A DNA stretch of 64,000 bases from an uncultured Leptospira sp. (GTDB taxonomy: Bacteria; Spirochaetota; UBA4802; UB4802). The translations under genes and the position numbers were made by a program. Where the stretch lies: NCBI GenBank assembly GCA_964509195.1, contig CAZDWJ010000008.1, positions 61,190 through 125,189 of the forward strand, given 5' to 3'. A model generated the notes under the pieces. That model saw nothing but the letters and a program-made list of their open reading frames with translations, did not search any database and was not told where the DNA came from. Shown here piece by piece: positions 1-8,427 of the stretch (the first letter of the stretch is position 1; each line of letters opens with the position of its first letter).

Positions 1-322
1 TTTTTAATATGGCCTTGGTGTTAGCATACACACCAATGCGTTCAATGTGTGGATTTTTGGTTTTAATGTAAGTAAATATATCAAGTAAAGTTTGTGTTGG
101 CAATATAAGGACATCGCCATCGGTTAAGAATACACGTTTGAATCGGTAGCGTGAAGCTTCGTCAATGTCACGCTTAATCTGTTTTATGTCTTTGATATAG
201 AATTTCTGTTCCTTGTAGGTGCCGCAGAACGTGCACATGTTGTGTGAGCATCCTACCGTAACTTGAATTATCATGCTGTATGCTTCTGATGGTGGCCGTA
301 TAATATGCCCTACGTAATCCAT
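1..322 (-). CDS. radical SAM domain protein, 5' part only (gene continues past the left edge of the window)
   Basis: Absent from the ORF track because it is open at the window edge. The reverse complement from the ATG at 322..320 reads MDYVGHIIRPPSEAYSMIIQVTVGCSHNMCTFCGTYKEQKFYIKDIKQIKRDIDEA... It has a Cys triad CSHNMCTFC, which is radical-SAM-like, although the spacing as read is CX4CX2C. A GGAG Shine-Dalgarno at 328..331 overlaps the queE stop. Confidence 0.6.
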   Translation of the reverse strand, partial: MDYVGHIIRPPSEAYSMIIQVTVGCSHNMCTFCGTYKEQKFYIKDIKQIKRDIDEASRYRFKRVFLTDGDVLILPTQTLLDIFTYIKTKNPHIERIGVYANTKAILK

Positions 323-330
323 AGTGTCTC

Positions 331-987
331 CTAAAAATGTTTTGGTTCAGTATCCCACAATAGTTTGTGCAGTTGAATGTTGAGCCTCACCATAATTCTG
401 TCCCTCAGAATATATTCTGCCAGAGTGTGTGGATTCATAACATTTGCAACTGGCGAAAAATTTATCACGCAGGGAATATTTTTCAAGTACTTCCCTATAA
501 ATTCCTTAGAATAATTATAGTCATTGTCATCAGCAATCACAAATTTTATTTCATCGTGTGGTTGCAGAAGGGGAATATTGGAAAAATTAAATGAATCTGC
601 ATAGCCGCTTGAAGGTGTTTTAATATCAATAATTTTGTGGACGTGTGGTGGCACCTGTGCAATTGAAATACTCCCGTTTGTTTCAAGCTGCAGGGGGTAG
701 TTTTTTTGGGATAGAATATCCAGTAGCAGAAATGTCTCTTCCTGCAGCAATGGTTCACCACCGGTAATTGTGATGTGATGAAGTGAAGGATAAGTGTGTA
801 TGGTTTTAACGATCTGGGTGATAGTTACCGGAGATCCGTCTCGTGCATAGGGAGTATCGCACCACCTGCAGTTGAGATTGCAGCCAGCAAGCCGTATGAA
901 GAGTGAGGGGAAACCAGTGCGGGTTGTTTCGCCCTGCAGGGAATAAAAGATCTCATTGACGCACAGGGTAGTGTTAAATGTGTTCAT
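331..987 (-). CDS. queE: 7-carboxy-7-deazaguanine synthase (radical SAM, queuosine pathway)
   Basis: 218-aa ORF. It has LQGET...FIRLAGCNLNCRWCDTPYA (a CX3CX2C cluster in the QueE-typical context). The length and C-terminal layout fit QueE. Confidence 0.8.
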   Translation of the reverse strand: MNTFNTTLCVNEIFYSLQGETTRTGFPSLFIRLAGCNLNCRWCDTPYARDGSPVTITQIVKTIHTYPSLHHITITGGEPLLQEETFLLLDILSQKNYPLQLETNGSISIAQVPPHVHKIIDIKTPSSGYADSFNFSNIPLLQPHDEIKFVIADDNDYNYSKEFIGKYLKNIPCVINFSPVANVMNPHTLAEYILRDRIMVRLNIQLHKLLWDTEPKHF

Positions 988-1307
988 ACAATACTATGCT
1001 ATTATGCCTAAGATGTATTATATCACTAACTGTCGCACATAATAAAGTGCGTTTGAAAATATTCAATAATAAAAATAAGGACACTTCTAAAAACTAAATT
1101 TTAAGAATATTCCTATGAGGACACATAAATGACTAAAAATTGCTTTTTATTGTACATTTTTTAGGATAAAGCAGTTTTTAATTGTGCCCATAAGCTATTA
1201 ATTGATTTACAATAAAAAATGGTTGAAATAGAATTGCAAAAATCTGAAAGTAAATGCATATTCTGAAAGTATACAAATGAAATTTATTATCATGAGGTGT
1301 TAAAAAT

Positions 1308-1733
1308 ATGGCAGGTAAAAGTGATAGCATGAACAGTACTATTGGGGAAGGTTCTGTATTTGAAGGCAAGTTTTACATCAGCGGGTCTCTGCGAATTGAT
1401 GGGAAATTTGAAGGTGAGATAAAGACAGATGAGGAGCTGGTAGTTGGCGAAACTGGCAAGGTTAAAACAAATATTCATGCCAAGAATGTTGTTGTTGCTG
1501 GCACGGTGATTGGGAATATTATTGCTGATGAAGAAGTGAAACTTCTGGAAACTGCGAAGGTGTTAGGTGATATAGAAACGCCCATCCTTACAGTGCAGCG
1601 AGGAGTGGTAGCCCATGGCATGGTGACCATTACCGGCGGTCAGAAGAAGGATGTCAAAAAGCTTATAGAAGAATCGTATGCCGGAACACCACAAACACAG
1701 GGGTTGTTTGGCAAAAAAGGGTCGGATAAATGA
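1308..1733 (+). CDS. bactofilin family cytoskeletal protein
   Basis: 141 aa. The repetitive beta-helical pattern (SGSLRIDGKFEGEI..LVVGETGKVKTNIHAKNVVVAGTVIGNIIADEEVKLLETAKVLGDIETP) is typical of DUF583/bactofilin. A GAGGTG SD lies 8 nt upstream of the ATG. Confidence 0.85.
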   Translation: MAGKSDSMNSTIGEGSVFEGKFYISGSLRIDGKFEGEIKTDEELVVGETGKVKTNIHAKNVVVAGTVIGNIIADEEVKLLETAKVLGDIETPILTVQRGVVAHGMVTITGGQKKDVKKLIEESYAGTPQTQGLFGKKGSDK

Positions 1734-1764
1734 TTAATGATCTTGCTATGCCGATAATTACACT

Positions 1765-2772
1765 ATGAAACACTGGCAATTACATACAAATTCTTTTGGT
1801 AATCTCAGTATAACAATTTTATCAGCTGAGATTATTATAATCTACAGAGGTAAAAAAAACACTTTTATTAAAAGTGTACAATTAAAAAAAATTAAACGCG
1901 TAGCTGTAGCATGTGGAGCTATATGCGGGGCAATGGTTTTGCTGGCAGGAATGGTAGGCTTTAATGATGTGTTTAAATCAGAAGCTGCATGGTATGATGA
2001 GATAAAGAAAAAAGCAATCGCAACTAAAGAATTTGAGGAACCTGATAAAAAACCTGTATTAAAGATTGTAACGCATACCGTAAAACCTGGCGAAACTTTG
2101 AGTGAGATTGCGCGAATGTATGGTGTTTCAATGGATACAATCTGTGGATGTAATAAGTTAGAGTCATATGAGCTTGTACACGTGGGGCAGGTGTTAAAAA
2201 TACCAAATAAAGACGGTTTACTTGTGAGAGGACAGCGTGGACAGACACTGCAGATGCTTGCTAAAAAGTATAATGTGGCAATTAATAAAATCATTGAAGA
2301 AAATTCAATTGCTAATCCTGATTTTATTAATATAGGACAGGATATTTTTATTCCTGATGCAAAACCACTGGATATTTTTAAAGGCTTTTTATGGCCTGTG
2401 AAAACAAAAAGTGTAACAAGCGGGTATGGGTGGCGAAAAGATCCTTTCTATGGTGAAAACCAGTTCCACCAAGGTATAGATGTAAGAGCACATTATGAGT
2501 GGGTTCGTGCAAGCAAGTATGGAAGGGTAAGCTATGCAGGGTGGCTTGGTGGGTATGGTAAAGTTGTTGTGGTAACGCATCCTGGGGGGGATAAAACATT
2601 ATATGGCCATCTTTCTAAAATAGTTGTTCGTGAGGGGCAATACGTAAAACAGGGTCAGATTATTGCAAAAAGTGGCAACACTGGTAACTCAACAGGTCCA
2701 CATCTTCACTTTGAGATTATCCGTAAGGGACAGCACATTAACCCTTATGCCGAATTAAAAAAGAAACATTGA
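1765..2772 (+). CDS. LysM domain-containing M23 family metallopeptidase
   Basis: 335 aa. It has an N-terminal hydrophobic anchor and two LysM-like segments (HTVKPGETLSEIARMYGVS; RGQTLQMLAKKYNVAINKI). The C-terminal M23 signature is HQGIDV...GNTGNSTGPHLHFEI. The exact start is uncertain. Confidence 0.85.
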   Translation: MKHWQLHTNSFGNLSITILSAEIIIIYRGKKNTFIKSVQLKKIKRVAVACGAICGAMVLLAGMVGFNDVFKSEAAWYDEIKKKAIATKEFEEPDKKPVLKIVTHTVKPGETLSEIARMYGVSMDTICGCNKLESYELVHVGQVLKIPNKDGLLVRGQRGQTLQMLAKKYNVAINKIIEENSIANPDFINIGQDIFIPDAKPLDIFKGFLWPVKTKSVTSGYGWRKDPFYGENQFHQGIDVRAHYEWVRASKYGRVSYAGWLGGYGKVVVVTHPGGDKTLYGHLSKIVVREGQYVKQGQIIAKSGNTGNSTGPHLHFEIIRKGQHINPYAELKKKH

Positions 2773-2810
2773 GTATATAACAAATAATAATTCATTGACA
2801 GGACGTGAAT

Positions 2811-4883
2811 ATGGCAAAGCTTAATTTTGTATGCGAAATTGGTACCGAAGAAATACCTGCAGGGTACATCCCGCCGGCTATTGAGCAGGTAGAAAAAATT
2901 ATTACTGATAATTTACAATCATATCGTGTTGCATTTAGTGCATGCAATGTATTTGCAACACCACGCCGAATTGCAATTCTAGTATATGATATGGCTGCAA
3001 CTCAATCAGAAGATTATGAAGAACTCAAAGGGCCTTCTGTGAAAGCGGCATACGATGATAAAGGAAATCCCACAAAGGCATTAACAGGTTTTCTTGAGGG
3101 TAATAAAATTAAACTGGAAGATACCTATATACATAATACAAATAAGGGTGATTATATCTATGCTAAGCGTAAGGTAGAAGCAAAGCCAACCACAGAAATC
3201 ATCCCCAAACTTATTGAAAAGATACTACTGGAAGTAAATTTCCCCAAACGGATGCGTTGGAATGTGAAGCGCGTATCCTTCCCACGACCTGTCAATTACC
3301 TTTGTGTGCTTTTCAATGATGCGGTAGTGCCGTATGTAATTGATGGTATTGCATTTGATAATAAGGTGCGTGGGCATTACATACAACACAATACCATGAT
3401 ACCACTTTCACGATGTGAAGACTACATCCCGGTACTGGAAGAAAATGGCGTCATAGTAGATCAAGCTAAACGAAAGGCCATGATACATCAGCAATTGCAA
3501 CAGGCGGCTAAAGCATTGAATGGTATTCTTGTTGAAGATGAAGACCTGCTTGACACTGTAACTTTTTTAACTGAGTATCCATACGTGGTGACCTGCAGCT
3601 TTGATGAATCATTCCTAGCAATACCGGATATAGTACTCATTACTGAGATGAAAGAACATCAGAAATATTTTGCGGTGCGCGATAGCACCGGCGCTCTTTT
3701 GCCAAAATTTTTAGTAGTTTCAAATAATCCTCCCACAGAGCACATCGTTAAAGGGAATCAGCGAGTGATACGGGCACGTTTTACCGATGCGCGCTTTTTC
3801 TTTGAGGAAGACCGGAAAATACCACTGGCGGGCAGAGTGGATATGCTCAAAAGCATACTCTTTCACAAGGAGTTGGGTTCCATCTACGATAAAGTTGAAA
3901 GGATGCAAAAGATAGCAAACGTTATCTGTAATGAACTATCGACCGATACACAAACCACTCAGAAGATACAGCGTGCAGTGATGTTAACTAAAACCGACCT
4001 CACCACTGCACTGGTGTTTGAGTTTACATCACTGCAGGGACAGATTGGCAGGATATATGCGCTGCTTGATGGTGAGTATGCTGAAGTGGCAGATGCAATT
4101 GATTTTCAGTACAGACCCCGTTTCCATGGTGATGTACTCCCGGAACATATAGTGAGTATAGTAGTATCGCTGGCTGAAAAAATTGATAATATATTTGGTT
4201 CATTTTCGGTTGGCAATATCCCAAAGGGTTCAGCCGATCCTTATGCACTGCGCAGACAGGCCGCAGCAATCGTGGATATGCTGGTTGAACGTAAAATCCA
4301 TTTAGATCTTGCAAAGGTGTACAATGCCATTGCTGGTCAGTACAACAATGGAGAAAAGTTAGTAGAGCAGATACTGGATTTCATTAATGGCAGGGCAAAG
4401 ACATTTTTATACCAAATGCAGTTTGCCTTTGACGAGGTCAATGCATGCCTTGCAGTTGGTTGTTATGATTTCTATGAGCTGTATCTCAGGGCACAGAGCA
4501 TTCATGAATTCAGGAAGGATAAACGGTTTGGCGATTTACTTATTGCATTCAAACGCATGAATAATATTGTAAATGCCTTTGTGAAGAAAAATCCAGGTTA
4601 TTTATTTACGTTTAATCCCGAGGCACTGCTGGTTGATGAGGAAAAGAGATTATATCGCTTTTTCCATGAAAAAGAAAAAACAATAAAAGAATATATTGCA
4701 GCAAATAAATATAAAGAGTTGTTCCTTTTACTTATTGAGGGCAAAGAAGTTATCGACACATATTTTGATAAGGTAATGGTTATGGATAGCAATACAGCTG
4801 TTCGTGACAACAGGCTTGGGATGTTGCACTATATTCTGACATTGTTTACAACGCTGATTGATTTTTCTCAGATTCAGGAGTAG
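2811..4883 (+). CDS. glyS: glycine--tRNA ligase beta subunit
   Basis: About 690 aa. The N-terminus is FVCEIGTEEIPAGYIPPA, and the overall length and layout fit the GlyS beta subunit. The first ATG is at 2811. The ORF-track start at 2805 is GTG. Confidence 0.9.
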   Translation: MAKLNFVCEIGTEEIPAGYIPPAIEQVEKIITDNLQSYRVAFSACNVFATPRRIAILVYDMAATQSEDYEELKGPSVKAAYDDKGNPTKALTGFLEGNKIKLEDTYIHNTNKGDYIYAKRKVEAKPTTEIIPKLIEKILLEVNFPKRMRWNVKRVSFPRPVNYLCVLFNDAVVPYVIDGIAFDNKVRGHYIQHNTMIPLSRCEDYIPVLEENGVIVDQAKRKAMIHQQLQQAAKALNGILVEDEDLLDTVTFLTEYPYVVTCSFDESFLAIPDIVLITEMKEHQKYFAVRDSTGALLPKFLVVSNNPPTEHIVKGNQRVIRARFTDARFFFEEDRKIPLAGRVDMLKSILFHKELGSIYDKVERMQKIANVICNELSTDTQTTQKIQRAVMLTKTDLTTALVFEFTSLQGQIGRIYALLDGEYAEVADAIDFQYRPRFHGDVLPEHIVSIVVSLAEKIDNIFGSFSVGNIPKGSADPYALRRQAAAIVDMLVERKIHLDLAKVYNAIAGQYNNGEKLVEQILDFINGRAKTFLYQMQFAFDEVNACLAVGCYDFYELYLRAQSIHEFRKDKRFGDLLIAFKRMNNIVNAFVKKNPGYLFTFNPEALLVDEEKRLYRFFHEKEKTIKEYIAANKYKELFLLLIEGKEVIDTYFDKVMVMDSNTAVRDNRLGMLHYILTLFTTLIDFSQIQE

Positions 4884-4886
4884 GAT

Positions 4887-5552
4887 ATGAAAGTGTGTGA
4901 TGGAGTGTATGCATATATATGGCGTGGTGTATTTGAAAACAACTGCAATACATTTTATTTCAGTGAGCCTTTCAACATGTTCATAGATCCGGGGCTTGCC
5001 AAATATGTAGATATGCGCTTTGCGGATATGAAAAAAGATAGAATAGATACTGATGCTATTAGGCATGTAGTGGCCACACACTCACATCCTGATCATTTTG
5101 AGGGCTGCCATCAGTTTATGGGCAACGGCCCTAAAGTGGCAATGCATAAAGAGGAAATAGCGTTTTTAAATGAAGTTGGCCCACAGTTTTTTGCCATGTT
5201 TGGAATGAAGTTCCCAAAGTTTACTTTTGATATTGAGTTGCAAGAAGGACCATGGAAAATTGGCAATGAAGTGTTGCATGTGTACAAAACTCCAGGGCAT
5301 TCACCAGGTTCTGTATGTTTGTACTGGGAATCAAAAAAGGTGCTTGTGTGTGGCGACCTGATATTTAAGGAAAGTGTAGGCAGAACCGATTTCCCTGGAG
5401 GCAGCAGCAAGCTGCTTAAGGAAAGCATACAGCGCATGAGGGAACTGGATATTGAATACTTGCTGCCGGGGCATATGGATATAGTGGTTGGAAAAAACAA
5501 CATTAAAAAGAATTTTGAGCTAATAGAAAAATATATATTTCCGATGCTGTGA
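4887..5552 (+). CDS. MBL-fold metallo-hydrolase (hydroxyacylglutathione hydrolase-like)
   Basis: 221 aa. It has the HSHPDH (HxHxDH) metal motif and a later TPGHSPGS. An AGGAG SD overlaps the glyS stop. Confidence 0.8.
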   Translation: MKVCDGVYAYIWRGVFENNCNTFYFSEPFNMFIDPGLAKYVDMRFADMKKDRIDTDAIRHVVATHSHPDHFEGCHQFMGNGPKVAMHKEEIAFLNEVGPQFFAMFGMKFPKFTFDIELQEGPWKIGNEVLHVYKTPGHSPGSVCLYWESKKVLVCGDLIFKESVGRTDFPGGSSKLLKESIQRMRELDIEYLLPGHMDIVVGKNNIKKNFELIEKYIFPML

Positions 5553-6884
5553 TTACAAAGTCATCCGTGCTTTTTTGGATTGGCTATTCCAGAAAAGTTT
5601 GAATGTGCGCCTGGTTATAGATGTTGGTGCTGCTTTCAATTCTCTGTCCCAGCGTTCATGAAGTTCTAAAACTTTTTCCACACATTGCTTTGAAAAATCA
5701 AAATATTTTTGATTGCTGGATGATTTCTTTTTGTGTAATTCATTATCTTTTCTAATAAATTCATCTTCCAGTTCAAGTATAGTTGGGGCGATAGCTCTCA
5801 TAAAATAATCCCATTTGAAAATAGCCTGCCGGTGAATTCTTTCGTGCATCCACCAGTAGACATCAGGAGAATAGGTGCTTGTTTCATTAGCAGGTAGATA
5901 ATCTATTTCTTTTCCTATAAGGTAAAATGGCATGAAGACACTTGTACACGTACCTGAAGAGCCTGTTGCCCAGAAGACAGGAGTATCTTTGCGTAAATGA
6001 GCGACAAACGCAGCAACTGACTGGCTTGGCCGCGTTGGAGAAAGTGAGGCATGCATACATACGGTTCCCATATCAGTTTTATCGGGAGAAAGGTATTCAT
6101 GGTCACTTCCATGGTCACGCAAAAGTTGAAACATGGTTTGCGGCGTTATGGTACCAGAATAACGCAGTGCACAGCTTGTAGTTCGCGATTGCCTAACAGA
6201 ACATTTTGAAAAGTATGTGTAAAACCAGTCAGAGAAGCATTCTTTGAAGTTAAAGGGCTTGCCTTTTTTTAAGTATCCCTTTTTACGTGCATAATCTTCA
6301 ATGCCTTTAGATGAATAGTCAAATTCTTCACCTATTGTCAATCCATTGGAAATACTGCGAATGCCATCTACTTTTATAGCAACCCAGTGTTTGTTTGCAG
6401 TTTCAAGAACGTATGCTTCTTTTGTATCAGCAAAAATGAAAGAGTTATGATAATACAATGTATGTGCCATGCCGGCATTCCCACCCTGGCCATAATGCTG
6501 GATAAGTTCAGTAGAAAGCATTAATGCATCGTATGCTGTTTTACAACGCTCTAACGCAAGGCGCATAATATCCATTCCAAGCAATCCAGTTTTTTCATAG
6601 GGTTCTTTTGTGAATACTGCTTCATTGCCAATGGCAAGTCCGTATTCATTTGCTCCCATTTCGCAGCCCCACATCCAGAATGGAGTGGAGATTAATATCT
6701 CATGAGTTGTTTTAACCTGTGGTATGGAGATATAGGTGCACTGTACGGTGGTATCGTTGCCCCAGTTACGTTTAGCAATATATTTTAACAACTGGGCTTC
6801 GTTAGCTTCTCGGTCACTGTTTTTTGCCAGTATTACACTTCCATCAGCGGTTGCTTTACCAGTTGCAACAATGGTATCACACAT
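5553..6884 (-). CDS. C69 family dipeptidase (Ntn-type cysteine peptidase)
   Basis: 443 aa. It begins MCDTIVATGKATADGSVILAKNSDRE, with Cys2 as the nucleophile typical of peptidase C69. Its stop abuts the convergent MBL gene stop with zero spacer. Confidence 0.8.
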   Translation of the reverse strand: MCDTIVATGKATADGSVILAKNSDREANEAQLLKYIAKRNWGNDTTVQCTYISIPQVKTTHEILISTPFWMWGCEMGANEYGLAIGNEAVFTKEPYEKTGLLGMDIMRLALERCKTAYDALMLSTELIQHYGQGGNAGMAHTLYYHNSFIFADTKEAYVLETANKHWVAIKVDGIRSISNGLTIGEEFDYSSKGIEDYARKKGYLKKGKPFNFKECFSDWFYTYFSKCSVRQSRTTSCALRYSGTITPQTMFQLLRDHGSDHEYLSPDKTDMGTVCMHASLSPTRPSQSVAAFVAHLRKDTPVFWATGSSGTCTSVFMPFYLIGKEIDYLPANETSTYSPDVYWWMHERIHRQAIFKWDYFMRAIAPTILELEDEFIRKDNELHKKKSSSNQKYFDFSKQCVEKVLELHERWDRELKAAPTSITRRTFKLFWNSQSKKARMTL

Positions 6885-6981
6885 AGTATTCCCCTTATAG
6901 TAAATATATTTATTATTTTGATTTTATAACACTCTTGAATAAAAGTCAAAAGAATTTTTAGGTTAATGAGTGTATACAGGA

Positions 6982-7014
6982 ATATACCCCACCTTGTTTG
7001 GCAGTGGGGTATAT
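6982..7014 (-). terminator. hairpin downstream of the antiporter gene
   Basis: Perfect 11-bp stem ATATACCCCAC (6982..6992) / GTGGGGTATAT (7004..7014), 12 nt after the stop at 7026. The trailing U-tract on the minus strand is weak. Confidence 0.5.
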
Positions 7015-7025
7015 ACTATAATAAT

Positions 7026-8237
7026 TTAATGATTATTATTAACACCATTCAATCCATCTAATTGTGGAATTTCCTCATCAGCCATAGGTGCTTCAAGCAG
7101 GTGTTCTGGCAAAAAGAATGTGTTTGCGATAAGAGTAGGAACAACAGCACTGGTAATAACAGCTGCTATAAGGAAAGAATACTGTGCTTGATCAATTATA
7201 TTGTGAGTTAGTCCAAATAATGCTGCGATTGAACCAAATGTGAGCCCAGTTGACATAAGCAAGGTGTAGTACCAGCGCTCTTTTGTACTTTCTTTGAAAA
7301 TTCCTATTATTGGATAAAGCCCAAATATTTTTGTGATAACCTTTCCACCAAAAAGAATTATAAATGGTAAAGGTGCCAAAAAAATTGCCGGTAAACTTAC
7401 TAAAAAGCCAGCACGTAAGAAATAAATTGGTGTTAAAAATCCTATAGTCAATGTTCGTAATCGGCGCATGAAAAATTCATCTTTTGCAACACTTGAAGCA
7501 AGGACCATCCCTAATATATAGGCGGGAAGTACAGCCTCACTTCCTGACCATAGTGCTAATGCACCTAATGCAAATAACACAAACAAAATCCACTTGGTTC
7601 TGATAGCTGCGGTTCGGTGGCCATAGATTTTTGTTAGCCGCGCAGTTATTGCCGGCATTGCAAAGAAGGTAACTATCGACACTATTATAAAAATAATTGT
7701 TTTGTAGGTAAATGGAGAAAAGATGATGCCAAGTGCAATCACCGTCCCCAAATCATTGACAAAACAAGCTCCTAAGATCCCTTTACCGTACTTTGTTTTG
7801 TTAAATCCATATTCAATCATTACAGCATACACAACAGCCATTGATGTTGTTGACAGGGCTACACCAGCAAGCAAACTTGATTCAAAATTCCAGCCTAAAA
7901 GATAGTATGCAATTAATGCACTTCCAACAAAAGGTGACAGAAAGCCAATAAAGCCAACGACTGTTACTTCTTTGAATGTATCCCTGATAGTGTGGTAGTC
8001 AAGTTCAGCGCCCGCTAAAAACGTCAGCACCACAGCACCCGTGCTGGCAATAAATTTTATCCAGTCAGAATTTGCCTGCATAAAATCGGGATTAAAATAT
8101 TTTGCAAATAGTAAACCTGCTATCGCACCAACAGTTATTTCCATAAGTGCCATTGAAATTTTTAAACGGTTAGCCAATATAGTAGAAATTACAGCAAGGC
8201 CAAGCCATACTGATGCTACTACAAACATAGTAAGCAT
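7026..8237 (-). CDS. cation:proton antiporter (Na+/H+ exchanger, CPA superfamily)
   Basis: Polytopic hydrophobic ORF of about 400 aa with CPA-type layout. A GGAGGA SD lies 4 nt before the ATG at 8237. The ORF track extends it to 8249. It is preceded by a fluoride riboswitch. Confidence 0.8.
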   Translation of the reverse strand: MLTMFVVASVWLGLAVISTILANRLKISMALMEITVGAIAGLLFAKYFNPDFMQANSDWIKFIASTGAVVLTFLAGAELDYHTIRDTFKEVTVVGFIGFLSPFVGSALIAYYLLGWNFESSLLAGVALSTTSMAVVYAVMIEYGFNKTKYGKGILGACFVNDLGTVIALGIIFSPFTYKTIIFIIVSIVTFFAMPAITARLTKIYGHRTAAIRTKWILFVLFALGALALWSGSEAVLPAYILGMVLASSVAKDEFFMRRLRTLTIGFLTPIYFLRAGFLVSLPAIFLAPLPFIILFGGKVITKIFGLYPIIGIFKESTKERWYYTLLMSTGLTFGSIAALFGLTHNIIDQAQYSFLIAAVITSAVVPTLIANTFFLPEHLLEAPMADEEIPQLDGLNGVNNNH

Positions 8238-8276
8238 AACATCCTCCATACATAATTAGTAAAATTTTGGCGCAGG

Positions 8277-8352
8277 TAAAAATAAGAAACCTACTGCCAT
8301 GCAGTAGGAGCCATCAGCCGGAAGGCATTCAACGGGGGACCCCATCCCCAGT
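8277..8352 (-). promoter_or_regulatory. fluoride riboswitch (crcB RNA motif) with overlapping intrinsic terminator
   Basis: The minus-strand RNA is CUGGGGAUGGGGUCCCCCGUUGAAUGCCUUCCGGCUGAUGGCUCCUACUG. From memory, this aligns with the crcB-motif core, e.g. the Thermotoga aptamer GGGCGAUGAGGCCCGCCCAAACUGCCCUGAAAAGGGCUGAUGGCCUCUACUG. The P1 stem is GGGG/CCCC and the small hairpin is GCC-UUCC-GGC. The loop GGGGUC can pair with GGCUCC as the pseudoknot. The 3' CCUACUG is shared with the terminator stem CCUACUGC-AUG-GCAGUAGG, which is followed by UUUCUUAUUUUU. This is ON-switch logic. Confidence 0.8.
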
Positions 8353-8427
8353 TATAGTAGTGCAGCAACTGTTACAGATGGTAACAGTAAAAAGAATAGC
8401 ACTTTTGTCAATAGAATAAAAAATAAT

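Noticed and set aside
988-1307. Possible preQ1 riboswitch upstream of queE (minus strand)
   Set aside because: I found no preQ1-I/II-like hairpin followed by the A-rich tail and CUA motif. The leader looks like plain AT-rich promoter DNA with a TGnTATAAT extended -10.
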